Assembly: GCA_013416795.1 (NCBI GenBank)
Contig: RQSC01000026.1
Location: 205,335-269,334 of the forward strand
Length of the DNA: 64,000 nt
Reading direction: 5' to 3'
Origin: Prasinococcaceae sp. CCMP 1430
Taxonomy: Eukaryota; Plantae; Prasinodermophyta
Shown here: piece after piece, positions 1-11,475 of the stretch
Layout of the letters: each line of letters begins with the position of its first letter
Position numbering within the stretch: the stretch's first letter is position 1
Position numbers and translations under genes: made by a program
The notes under the pieces: model-generated
Seen by the model: only the letters and a program-made list of their open reading frames with translations
What the model was told of the DNA's origin: nothing
Databases searched by the model: none

Positions 1-103
1 CGCTCACGCACGTGCAGGTGCGCTCTTTGCGCGCCCGCGCGCGTGTGTGCCTGCCCTTGTCAATATGTGAGTGTGTGCATGTGTGTGTGTGTGAGCGTGT
101 GCA

Positions 104-145
<42 letters not shown>

Positions 146-247
146 TTCTCTCTGTCTTACGCACACGCATGTGTGCGCCCACGCCCCCGCACACACACAC
201 ACTCACACTCACACACAAACACACACACCAAACAAAAAAAAAAATAG

Positions 248-1172
248 GCCGTATACGATCACCAAGCAGCGCGAGTCCTGGACGGACGCCGAGCACACCA
301 AGTTCATCGAGGCGCTCAAGCTCTACAACCGCGAGTGGAAGATGATCGAGGCGTACGTGGGCACCAAGACGGTCATCCAGATCCGCTCGCACGCGCAGAA
401 GTACTTCCTCAAGGTCCAGAAGCTCGGCACGGGCGAGCACGTGCCGCCGCCGCGGCCCAAGCGCAAGAGCCTGCAGCCGTATCCGCACAAGGCCGAGACG
501 AAGACGCCCCGCACCAGTGGCGGGCGCTCGCGCAGCGGCAGTGCGTCGTCGCGCTCGCGCAGCAGCGGCAGGAAGAACGCGTCGGGGGCCAAGGGCACCG
601 CCAAGGCGGCGTCGGCGCGGGGTGCCAGCAAGAAGGCCGCGGCGGCGGGGCGAGCCGCCGCGGCCGCCGCGGCGGAGCTGCCCCCGATGCAGCCCACGAT
701 GCCGGACTTCTCGGTGGTGTACTCGCTGGTGAGCACGATGTTCGGCCCCGCGTGCAGCCTGCGCGACCCGCTGGAGGAGGGCGCCGCGGCTGGCGCGGAC
801 GGCGGGGCGGCCGGCGCCCAGGCGCATGGCGCGCCCGCCGGCGGCGCCGACGCCGAGGTGGACCCGTCGGACAGCCTCCTCTCGATGGCCCCCATCGACC
901 GCGAGACCGCGCTGCTGCTGCTCACCAACCTCACGAACAACCTGCAGTCGCGGGAGGTTTGGAGCAAGGAGATATGCAAGCTCAGCAGCTACGGCAAGCA
1001 GCTCCTCGAGGCGGACGACCCGCGCAGCATACCCACCAGGAGCCTCCCCGGGCACGAGACAATAACGTGTCGCGGCGGCCTCGTGGACGTCGACGCCGCG
1101 CGCGAGGTGCTGGCCAGCGGGGGCGGGCTCGCGTTGCAGCCCCACTGCAACGTGGCCGCGGCGGCCGTCTGA
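248..1172 (+). CDS. SHAQKYF-class MYB transcription factor, REVEILLE8/LCL clade (5' partial; probable intron 18-247)
   Basis: [12 protein letters not shown]...[19 protein letters not shown] domain plus LCL-type C-terminal motif ([10 protein letters not shown]...[20 protein letters not shown]). The upstream GT/CA-repeat stretch is bounded by GTGCGC...TAG. TGTAA follows at about 1389. Confidence 0.9.
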
Positions 1173-1535
1173 ATGGGCCGGCCGTCCTGGCCGCCTCGAG
1201 GCCGCGAGACGACGCGGGCGGGCCCCTCCCCCCCAACCCCCCCATCTGCAAGGCGCTCCGACGGCACGGCCACTGGCCGCACAGTTTTGCGACGCGACCG
1301 AGAGCGAGGCGGCGGCGCGCAGGCATGGCGCCGCTCGACTGCGGCGTCAGACCGCGCAAGCCTCGCTCGACAATTTTGACCCCGATCTTGTAAGCTCGAC
1401 ATAGCTGCTTTTTTTTGTTCACATCGCGACCTCCGGCGCATCGCGCGTGCGCCTCGCCTCCCGCGGAGCGCACCGGCGCCGCAGCTCGCCCGCGTTGCCT
1501 TGACGGCGCGCGTCGTGGCGGCGCATCCGCCTCCC

Positions 1536-1536
<1 letters not shown>

Positions 1537-1592
<56 letters not shown>
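1537..1592. repeat. (CA)n microsatellite
   Basis: Direct inspection. Confidence 0.95.
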
Positions 1593-1596
<4 letters not shown>

Positions 1597-1718
1597 GCGC
1601 GTGCCACTGCGTCCAGGGGAGCGTCTGCGCTGCGTTGGATACGGTTCAAAACGAATGATGCCGCGGGCCATGGGGGGGGGAGCCGGGAGGGTCTGAGGTC
1701 GCACGGCGCTCCGACACC

Positions 1719-3206
1719 TCAGAGGGCAGCCTCGCCCATCTCGACGCCTTTGCCGTTGGCGGCGACGAGGTTGTCCTCCATGTGCACCCACTTCCAGCCG
1801 CGGCGGCGGCTGCGCCAGCGCGAGAGCGCGACGGCGGCGCCCGCGAGCAGCGCGCCCACCGCCACCGACACGCCGACGCCGACGCCGATCGTCGTGTTGT
1901 CGATGGAGTTGCCGCGGTAGGTCTCTCCCTGCGCGCGCGCACACACACACACACACGCACGGGTGCCGGCGTGCGCGTGCGCGTGCGGTGTCAGACGGCG
2001 GCGTGGGCGCGCGGGTGGGGCGCCCGAGGCGATGTTCGCACGCGCGCGTGTGCGCGGGCGGGCGTCCGTGCGCGCGGGCGCTCGCGTGGACGCACGCGCG
2101 CGACGCGTCGCGAGGCACCCCCCCAGCACCCGCCGCACGCGCGCACTCACACATGCGCACACGCGCGCGTCCTCACAACGCACGCGCACACGACGCACAC
2201 GCACTCGCGCCGCGCGCGCGTCGCGCGTTTCCCTCACCTTCGCGAGCGTGTACGGCCCCGCCTCCCAGTGCGCCTCGCTGAGCCCGAATCCCGTCCAGCG
2301 CTTCAGCTGCTCGCCGAGCTCCCCGAGCGCCCCGCCGCCGTCGCGCCCCGCCGCGGCGTCGAGCCGCGCGAGCACGTCCGAGGCGACTGCCTCGCTCTCG
2401 GCGCCCACGTGAAAGAGCACGTGCATGCACAGCGAGCCCTCCGGGTGGGCCGCAGGCTCGTCGTCCTCCGAATCCGAGCCGTCGTCGTCCGAAAGGTCGT
2501 CTTCGTGGGCGTGGCCGTGGTCGTGCACGTCGCAGTCGAGCTCGTAGTCCATCCCCTCGAGCTTGACGTTCTTGGGCTCCACGCCCGCCACGCCCGCAAC
2601 GGCCGCCGAGAACCTCGCGTCCTCCTTGTACGACCACTGGTACGAGCTCGGGTCGGCCAGGTCGACATTGCTGCCCACAGGGTACACGATGTGGAGCTGG
2701 GCCTCCACGCGGTAGTCGTGGATGTTCATGTACTCGTGGACGCCCGTGCCCACCACCTTGCACCACATGACCGTGTTGGCGCCGCTGTCGCACTCGACGA
2801 GCGGCAGCTCCGCCTCGATCTCGCGCGCGTGCGAGCTCGACATGGCGCGCATGCGAAGCTTGAGGTCGACGCAGGCGGCGGCGTCGTTCTCCAGGCAGCA
2901 CCCGCCGCCGCGCATGGCCTGGGCGGAGATCAGGGCCACGTCGGAGTAGGTGGGCGCGTGCGGCTTGGCGTCCTCGCCCGCCCAGCGCGCGGCGTCGGGC
3001 GCGGCGGCCCTGAGCGCGGCGAGCGCGTAGTCGGCGCCGGCGTCGGCGGCGAGCGACAGCGAGCCGCGCGACACGCCCGCGGAGCCGGAGTCGGTCGTGA
3101 GCGCGTCGTCCGTCAGGCGGGCGCGCACCGTCGCCTCCACGTAGTTGGCCCACGCCGCGGACGCGACCGCCGACGCCGTCGGCTGGGTCGTGTCGACCAT
3201 GGCCAT
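1719..3206 (-). CDS. Uncharacterised single-pass membrane protein (intron 1929-2237; start uncertain)
   Basis: Long ORF with high GC3, a His/Asp-rich patch and a C-terminal TM helix (IGVGVGVSVAVGALLAGAAVALS) followed by RWRSRRR. Intron runs AAG|GTGAGG...CAG. Confidence 0.7.
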   Translation of the reverse strand: MAMVDTTQPTASAVASAAWANYVEATVRARLTDDALTTDSGSAGVSRGSLSLAADAGADYALAALRAAAPDAARWAGEDAKPHAPTYSDVALISAQAMRGGGCCLENDAAACVDLKLRMRAMSSSHAREIEAELPLVECDSGANTVMWCKVVGTGVHEYMNIHDYRVEAQLHIVYPVGSNVDLADPSSYQWSYKEDARFSAAVAGVAGVEPKNVKLEGMDYELDCDVHDHGHAHEDDLSDDDGSDSEDDEPAAHPEGSLCMHVLFHVGAESEAVASDVLARLDAAAGRDGGGALGELGEQLKRWTGFGLSEAHWEAGPYTLAKVRETRDARAARVRVRRVRVRCEDARVCACVSARVRRVLGGCLATRRARASTRAPARTDARPRTRARANIASGAPPARPRRRLTPHAHAHAGTRACVCVCARAQGETYRGNSIDNTTIGVGVGVSVAVGALLAGAAVALSRWRSRRRGWKWVHMEDNLVAANGKGVEMGEAAL

Positions 3207-4464
3207 CGCGCCCACGAGCGCCCGCCCGCCCGCGCAAGCAGGCACGCGCACACGCGCGTGGGTGGGTGGGTGGGCGGGTGGGTGGGTGGCTCGCACCTCC
3301 ACCCCGCGCGCGTGTGGCGCTCCTCCTCCCGCGTCTGCGCACCCGCGCCCGCACGGGCACGCCACACACACGCGCACACACGCGCGCGCACACGGCTGCC
3401 GACAATGCAGCAGCAGCGGCGCGATCGAGGCGCGCGCCGCGCGGGGAACTCGCGGAACGCCGCCGTCGAATGCGCCCTCTTGTCCGCGGTTCTCCCCAGT
3501 CTCTTCGAACGCGCTGTGCGGCCGCTCGCGCGCGCGCCGCCCGCACCGAAATGGACTTCCGTCGATCGCACCGCCGCCCCCCCCTCCCACGGGCAGGCAC
3601 CCGCACACGTGGGCGTGAAACCCTTCACGCGCCGAGAGATTCAAATACGACAAATGCCTCGCTTAAAACACGGTTCCGAAATGCTCTCTGTGCGATGGTG
3701 GTACATCTCATGCACGCGATGAAATGCGGGTCGCACCGAATTATACCGCGGTGATTTAATGTGGAAAATCCGGGGGAAAATGCAATGCGAGTATCGTATT
3801 TTTCTGGAATGAATTGGGTTTGGAATTGAATTCCGTGGCGCGTTCCCCCGCGCGCGCGAGCGCCCGGCGGCGGGCCGCCGGCCGGCCCCCGCAGGGAGGG
3901 AGAGTCGCCGACCGCCCATTTCGGCGGGGGCCTCGGCCGCGCGACGCACGAGGTGGAACGGCGAAAACTGCGGCGGAGGCGGCGTTTCGACGGCGGCCTT
4001 CCGCGAGTTCGGCCGGGGCGTGTGCCCGCCGCGCGCGGGTCCCACCCGGCCGGCCAGGGCCTGCCTGCGTGCGGCGCACATGCCCGCGCGCAGCATCCTG
4101 TCTGTAGTCTACTCACTACTACTCGGGCGCCGCGCGGGGGGAGAAGGGGGAGGAGTTGGGTGAGACGAGCGAGGCGCTGTGCGCGCAGCCGGCTGCCCGC
4201 GGAGAGGCGCCAGGGGCAGGCGACCCCGCCTGGCTGGCCCGCGCACGCAGCCGCGCGCGCCGCGAATTGATTTTGCCCTGGAAGGCGCCCGTGGGTGAAA
4301 GTGACTTATATTAGAATGTTGATATCAAGGGTTCGCTTGCGGTTCGCAGGCGGGAACGACGCGCCCAATGGGGTGCGTGTTATAGGGTCTACAAAAAGCG
4401 AAACGTGCGTGCACACGCACGCACGCGTGTGTGTGTGTGAGTGTGTGCGTGTGTGTGTGTGCAC

Positions 4465-4933
4465 TCACGTCTCCCACGCGTCGCCGGCGTGCTCGCGCAC
4501 CCACGCGCCAATCTGCTCCGCGCGCTCCGCGGGCAGCGTGTGGCCGTGCGGGTGCTCCACCACGTCGCCGCCCAGCGCGATCGCCAGCTGCATGCCCTGG
4601 CTGTACGGGTTGACGCCCTGCACCCCACGCGCGTCGCGCATACGTGTCAGCTCGGTGTACACACACACACGCACACACACACAGACGCACACACACACGC
4701 ACACACACACACGCACACACACACACACACTCTCGCGCCCGCACATCTTCTGGGCTGAGCACGTGCAGTATGTCCGGACCCTCGTACGCGGCCCCCCTCG
4801 GGCCGAGCCTCTGTCGCACGTTCTCGGCGACGTCCCCCGCGTGCGGCCGCGGCCACGCGGCGCCCGACAGCACGCACGCGCGCGCGTCGGGCAGCAAGCG
4901 ACGCGCCAGCAGGACGCCGAGCAACATGGCGCC
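4465..4933 (-). CDS. FSH1/OVCA2-like serine hydrolase, 3' exons only (4745-4933, 4465-4617)
   Basis: Spliced reading GAMLL...ILHVLSPED|GVNPY...VVEHPHGHTLP resembles the post-nucleophile helix, the Asp strand and the HxxGH motif. The 5' exons are lost at the N at 5025. Confidence 0.65.
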
Positions 4934-4959
4934 CTGCCCAGACGCGTGCGTGCGTGCGT

Positions 4960-4962
4960 GTG

Positions 4963-5024
<62 letters not shown>
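4960..5024. repeat. (GT)n microsatellite abutting a single-N join
   Basis: Direct inspection. Confidence 0.9.
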
Positions 5025-5028
5025 NTAC

Positions 5029-5415
5029 CTGAAGTCTTTGTCATGCGATCCGATCTGTGCGCATTGCATGCGGCGCGCGCGATCGGCCGCCGCGATCATC
5101 GGGCGCGCAGGCGAGGCACGACGGAGCGTGCCGTCGTGCGGTTGTCAGCGGCGGTCGTCAGCAGCCGGCGCGCACGAAACGAAACGCGCACAAGTGCGTA
5201 GGCGCCTGCAATGCGCGCGGCGCGGCGGCGCCCCATCGCGATCTGACTCGCGGCAGGCGGCGCGTGGCGACTCCCCAGCAGCCGCGCACGCAGCCACCAC
5301 CGGGGTGCCGCGCCCAACCCCACCACCACTCCATCTCCGCCCCTGTGCGGCGCGCGCGCGGCCGCCCCGCCCGCACCTTGTCCAGGATCTCGCGGATCCT
5401 CGCCCCCGACGGCAT
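5029..5415 (-). CDS. CAND1: CAND1 N-terminal exons (5377-5415 and 26-nt exon 5029-5054); remainder missing
   Basis: Spliced MPSGARIREILDK|IGSHDKDFR matches the CAND1 N-terminal ILEKMxxxDKD(F/Y)R motif. Both donors, the branch point and the acceptor are canonical. Confidence 0.7.
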
Positions 5416-6334
5416 GGCCGCAGCCGGCCGCCTCGGCGGCCTCCTCGGCCTCCTCTCCCGGCTCTGCCACCGAGAGCCGCTGCCAGCGGCCTTGCACGGC
5501 CTCGGGCGCCGACCCTCCCACCCACACCCCCCGCCTCCGGTCGCCTCGCTGCGCCGCGCCGCGCCGCGTGCGGGGCGTGTGGCGGCGGCGCTGTGCACGC
5601 GCGCGCGTGAGGCGTTTTGTCAGTTGTTTTTTCCTTGTGTTTATGTGTGCATTGCAGCAGGTGGCGTTTGATGGCGCTTCGCGCAATCATGGCTTATTAC
5701 ATGCAACGGCGGAGTTGGACGGGGGCCGCGTGGCGCTCGGCCGGATGATCGCGGCACGCACCGACTCTTTGCTGCACGGTGTATGCAACTTGCCACATGT
5801 TTCCTAGCAATCTTGGACTCACAGTTTGCGCGTCTCAAGGAGCATGCACACAAGGCCTGGTCTTGTAGCACGTGGTGGCCCCACGCGCGCAAAGGTTTCG
5901 CGGTGATCGCGGACAACACCCAGTAGACGCACTCGCGCAACCGGATTCGAGCTGGCGGGCGGAGCTCAACTGGTGCCATCCACCGGTCGGACTGCTGCCG
6001 AAGCTAAGCACACCGCTATCAAGGATGCGATCCAAAGCAACATACAAACGGCGGTGGCTCTCCAACGGTCGATGGCTCATCCTGCCTCCGCGAGCTCGGT
6101 GCCCATGGGGAGTACCGCAGTGCCGAGCGCCGCCCGCCGCGCGGCGCGGCGCGGAGTAGCGTGACGCGGCGCGGGGCGCTCAAGCGCTGCTGCGGAGGCC
6201 GCCGCAGGCGCGAAAACAGCTCGCGTGGCAGTCACCGCTGTCGCTAGAGCGTGCGCCGACGTGCACGCCCTTTGTCTGTCTCCCCGTGTGGACTTTGTCC
6301 AACCTGCGTGCAGGCGCACGCGCGGCGTGGCGCA

Positions 6335-8173
6335 ATGGCGCTGGCGACGGTGGCGATGACCAGTGCCGCCGGCGCGGGGAGCTCTCAGAGCAGCGGACCA
6401 TGCAAACACACACACCGAGCGCAAGCACGAGCGCGAGCACGAGCACGAGCACGAGCACGAGCGCGGACACGACTGTGCGCCGCGTGCGCGAGCGCCGGCA
6501 CCGTCGATGGCCAAGGGCGATTCGACGGGGCGGGTCGCGCGGTGGAGGGCGGGGCGGATGCACCGCGGTGGCCTCTGGGCCCGCACGCGTACGCCTTGCG
6601 CATGGTGGCGACCGTCGTCTTGCCGATGTACATGACCTCGCTGGTCGAGCCCGCGGTGGGGCTCGCGGAGACGGCCATTCTGGGCCACCTTCCTGACACT
6701 GGCTCGGCGCCGGCGCTGGCGGCGATGGCGCTCACGTCGCCGCTTTTCAACCTCGCGCACGAGTGGGCGTGGGATCTGTCGATCGCCGTGGCTTCCGCGA
6801 GCGCCGGCGCCAAGAGCGCGCGGCAGGCGCGCGCGCTCGTGGGGCGCACGATCCTCATCGCAGCCGTCGCCGGCACCGCGCTCGCCGGCGTGTTGTTGGT
6901 GGGCGCCGGCGCCGTGTACGCGGCATGCGCGCCGGGCAGCATCGGCCGCATGGCGGCGGCGTACGCGGCCGTGCGGGCGTTGACCATGCCCACGCTGCTG
7001 TGCTCGAACGTCATCGAGGGCTTCTGGTACGGCCAGAAGGACTCCGTGACTCCCGCGGTGGTGTACGTCCTCTCGTCGGCGGCGACCATTTGCGCGCTCT
7101 ACCTGGCGGCGCCGCGCTTCGGCATCCTGGGCGCGGCCGTCAGCCTGGTGGTGGGGAGCTTTGCGACTGCGGCGATGCACTACGTCGCGCTGCGCGTTCG
7201 TGCGCCGGTGGGCGCGAGCGGAGCGGGCGCCGCGCGGCGCTCGGATGCCGCCAGCGGCGGCGGCGATGGCAGCGGGTCCGACAGCGACAGCGGCTCGGGG
7301 GACGACGGAGACCTCGACACGCTCGCGCTCGTCCGGAAGGTGAGCGCGTCGCTGCGCAGCGGCTACGCGCTGGCTACGATCTCGATGTGCAAAATCGGCG
7401 TCTACGGCCTCATCTCGCTCAGCGTGGCGAACGCGGGCGTGGTGCACGCCACGGCGGCGTACAAGGTCTTTGCGGAGATATACTGGACGCTCAGCTTTAC
7501 GTGCGAGCCGTCGTTCATGGCGGCGTCGACGCTGCTGCCGAGCGCGCGCTCCGAGCAGCTGCGCACGCGGCAGAAGCTGGTGAAGCCCACCGCGCGCGCG
7601 CTGTACGCCTTCGCCACACTCGTCGGGTTGATCCTCGCCGGCGTGGGCGCGTCAATGGCCACGATGCCGGTGCTCACATCCAACCCACAGGTGCTTGCGC
7701 ACCTCGCGCCGGCGGCGGGCTTGGTTTCGCTGACGCTCTTTTTGTCGAGCTTCACCTACACGACGGAGGTACGTGCCCATCGCTCGCGCGAGGGCTGCGG
7801 CGCGCGCGCTGGCTTTCTCGCGGCGCTGCCTGAGCGGAGTTGCGGGCGGAGCTGCGCTTCAGCCTGCGATGCGGCCCGCTGACGAGCGCTGCTCATCCTC
7901 TCCCACACCTGCGACGGCGGCCGTGGCCGCGCTCGCGCTCGGCGTCGCCAGGGCCTGCTCATAGGGCTTGGGCACATCCCGTATCTGCTCAAGGCCCAGG
8001 TGTGCAACGTCTTCGTGATGTCGGCGTACTGCGCAGCGGTCTGCGCGTTCGCGCCGGGCGGCATGACGCTCCTCGCGGCTGGGGCGGGCTGCGCCGCCTT
8101 CCAGTTCCTGCGGCTGGCGCAGCACGCCGTATTCTTGCGCCTCTCGGCGCGCCCACGCGCCCTGCTGCGGTGA
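6335..8173 (+). CDS. MATE efflux transporter (DinF/EDS5-like), possible organelle transit peptide; intron 7769-7951
   Basis: Multiple TM helices; LVEPAVGLAETAILGH, YAAVRALTMP, EGFWYGQKDSVTP and FTCEPSFMAASTLLP motifs. The final exon GLLIGLG...LLR* is in frame after splicing. Confidence 0.85.
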
Positions 8174-8434
8174 GCGGGCTCGGGGCGCCAACGCACGTCG
8201 CAGTCGCGCTGCAAACGCGCCGTCGGGCGACCGCGCGCGGTGCGCGCGAGCGCGTGGGATGGCCCGTGTATCCTCTATCGAAAATTACTGCCCTCTCGCG
8301 CTCGCGCAAGGGGTCCCCGGTGCTGCGTCGGCGGCGCGTCGGCGGCGCGCGCGCTGCCGTGTGTGTGGGTACCTGCGTGCCTTCCGAGTGCGTGCCGCTG
8401 CACGCGCTCCCAAGCTGCCTGGCGCGCGAGGCGC

Positions 8435-9561
8435 TCACTTGCTGCACGCGTCAGTGGCCTTGAGGTCCTCGAACGCCACCAGGAGGCGGTCGATGGTCGC
8501 GGTCTCGGCCTTGCGCAGCCACGAGCGCGGGTCGTAGTACTTCTTGTTGGGCTTGTCGTCGCCCTCCGGGTTGCCGATCTGGCTCTGGAGGTAGGGGCCG
8601 TTCTCCTCGACGAACTCCTTCACGCCCGCCCACATGCTCCACTGGGTGTCGGTGTCGATGTTCATCTTGATCACGCCGTAGTCGATCGCCTCCTGGATCT
8701 CCTCGCGGCTCGAGCCCGAGCCGCCGTGGAAGACGAAGTAGACCGGCTTGTCCTCGTCGAGGTCGCGCTTCTCCTTGATGAACTTCTGCGCGTTGCCCAG
8801 GATCGAGGGGGTGAGCTCGACGTTGCCCGGCTTGTACACGCCGTGCACGTTGCCGAACGCGGCGGCGACGGTGAAGCCGTCCGAGATGGGCGAGAGGCAC
8901 TCGTACACGTAGTCGATCTCCTCGGGCTTCGAGTAGAGCTCGTCCTTGTCGACGTCGGTGTTGTCGACGCCGTCCTCCTCGCCGCCGGTGATGCCGATCT
9001 CGATCTCGAGCACGCAGTCGATCTTGGCCATGCGCTCGAGGTACTTCTTGCAGATCTCCATGTTCTCCTCGATGGGCTCCTCCGACAGGTCGAGCATGTG
9101 CGACGAGAAGAGCGGCTCGCCGTGCTCGGCGTAGTACTTCTCGTTGGCCTCGAGCAGGCCGTCGAACCACGGCAGCAGCTTCTTGGCGCAGTGGTCGGTG
9201 TGGAGGAAGACGGGCACGCCGTACTGCGCGGCGACCGCGCGGGTGTGGAGCGCGCCGGCGATGGTGCCCGCGATGGCGGCCTTCTCGTCGGTGTTGTCCA
9301 GGCCCTTGCCGGCCATGTTCAGGCCGCCGCCGTTGGAGAACTGCACCATGATGGGCGCGTTGGCCTTCATGGCGGCCTCCAGGCACGCGGTGATCACCGG
9401 GGTGCTGGTGCAGTTGACGGCGGGGATGGCGTAGCCGTTGTCGCGGGCGTGCTTGAGCACGGCCATCGAGTCCTTGCCCGACACCACGCCCGGCTTGACG
9501 ATGTCCGCCAGCTTCTGCGTCGTGGCGGCCTCGGCGCGCGCGGCCGCGCGGCGCGCGGCGC
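8435..9561 (-). CDS. fbaA: Class II (type A, FbaA-like) fructose-bisphosphate aldolase; 5' end in gap
   Basis: LHTDHCAKKLLPWFDG, SSHMLDLSEE, GITGGEEDG, FGNVHGVYKPG, FHGGSGS, KMNIDTD, PNKKYYDPR. Confidence 0.95.
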
Positions 9562-9970
9562 NNNNNNNNNNNNNNNNNNNNNNNNNNNNNNNNNNNNNNN
9601 NNNNNNNNNNNNNNNNNNNNNNNNNNNNNNNNNNNNNNNNNNNNNNNNNNNNNNNNNNNNNNNNNNNNNNNNNNNNNNNNNNNNNNNNNNNNNNNNNNNN
9701 NNNNNNNNNNNNNNNNNNNNNNNNNNNNNNNNNNNNNNNNNNNNNNNNNNNNNNNNNNNNNNNNNNNNNNNNNNNNNNNNNNNNNNNNNNNNNNNNNNNN
9801 NNNNNNNNNNNNNNNNNNNNNNNNNNNNNNNNNNNNNGGCCCGGGGCCAGGGCCAGGGGCAGGGGCAGCAGCGGGGCGGGCGCAAGGCGCGCGGCGCCCC
9901 GGCGCTGCCGCCAGCGCGGACGAGGGCAGCGACCACGAAGCACAGCAAGAAGCGCCGCCGCGCTGCAGGC

Positions 9971-10719
9971 ATGGGGAAGGACTACTACGCGCTGCTGGGC
10001 GTCTCGCGCGATGCGTCCGACTCGGAGCTCAAGAAGGCCTACCGCAAGCTCGCGATGAAGTGGCACCCAGACAAGGTGCGCCTCCCTGCTGCGCTCGGCT
10101 GCACCTGTCTCGCATTGCGGCGCCCGCTGCGAATGGATGCGCGCCAGCGTGTCGGAGTTGCGCAAGCTCTGGCAGCGCCAGTCGATCCGCTCGTGCGCGC
10201 GCGCGACGGTAGCGACGCCCTCGCTGGCATGGCGTGGCGCAGCTGGCCGCTGCTGCTGACCCGTGTCAATGGGCGCAACGACGCCCTGCTTTCGCATTCC
10301 CCGTGTAGAACCCAGACAATCGTGAAGCCGCCGAGAAGAAGTTCAAGGAGATCTCCATGGCCTACGACGTGCTGAGCGACCCCGAGAAAAAACAAGTGTA
10401 CGACGCCTACGGTGAGGAGGGGCTCAAGCAGGGCATGGGCGGTGGTGGCGGCCCTGGCGGCGGCGGGTTCAGCTCGCGTCAGGCCGACGACATCTTCCGC
10501 GAGATGTTTGGCGGCGGCGCTGGCGGCATGGGTGCTGACGACATCTTCAGTCAGTTCTTCGGCGGCGGCATGGGTGGGGGCATGGGAGGCGGGGGGCCTT
10601 TCGGTGGCATGGGCGGCGGCATGCCGGGCATGGGCGGCATGGGCGGCATGCCGCGCCAGCGCGCGATCCGCCGCGGCCGCGGCGGCGGGGAGACGGACGG
10701 CGCCGCGGCGAGGGCGTAG
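9971..10719 (+). CDS. DnaJ/Hsp40 class B-like protein (J domain + G/F/M region); intron 10076-10308
   Basis: MGKDYY...KWHPDK|NPDN...[22 protein letters not shown], then a Gly/Phe/Met-rich tract. Confidence 0.9.
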
Positions 10720-11475
10720 GTAGGTACGGTAGGTGGGTAGGCACCCTCCCTCCCTTGCGCACGAGCACGTACACGCTGCCTCCGCGTGCACCCACCCACA
10801 CGAGCACACACGCCTGCGCGCGGATGCACACTCACACACACACACGGCGCATATCGCATGAAACGATTGAAGAATGTGGATGAGTTTCGGGGCGCGAAGC
10901 CGTTCCCCGAGCGCGCGCGCGCGCGCCGCCCCGCGCGCGACGAGCGAGGGGGCGCGCGAGGCCATCCGACCACGCATGTGCAGTACAGCAGTAGTATGCA
11001 CCGCCCCAGCAGGGTGCGCGGGCGTGCACGTGGGAGGGCTGAGGCGACGCTTCGAGGACTTCTGCGAGCCCGTTTCGGCCGGCGGCAGGATGCTGCTCGT
11101 GTGGCGCGGGGGTGCTTGCCCCGGGGTTTGGGGGGCCGGCGCCGCCTGCACTCGTGCGGACGCGTGATGTGTGCATACGTGTGCACACGTGTGTGTGCAC
11201 GTGTGTGCACGTGTGTGCATACGTGTACGCGCATACTTGCTGGAAAGTGCACGGTGGATGCCCTCCTAACTGTTGGCGACGGCTGCGACGAGCGCGCGGG
11301 GAACCCGGCGCGGGCGCGCACACGCGCGCGCCCGGGAGCGCGGGGGATGGGGGTGGGGGGGGAGGGAAGGGGGCGCAACCGGGGGATGGGAGAGGAAGCC
11401 CGATCGGTGCCACTCGCACGCACGCACGCACGCACTCGACCACCGACGCACCCCGCTCCAGCCAGCCTAGCAGAC

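Noticed and set aside
8240-10375. Long antisense and overlapping ORFs here and throughout
   Set aside because: Shadow frames of high-GC3 genes and N-spanning artefacts; stop codons are rare at this GC content.
11054-11072. 19-bp match to ~36995 (GAGGACTTCTGCGAGCCCG)
   Set aside because: Isolated short match with no flanking similarity; probably chance.
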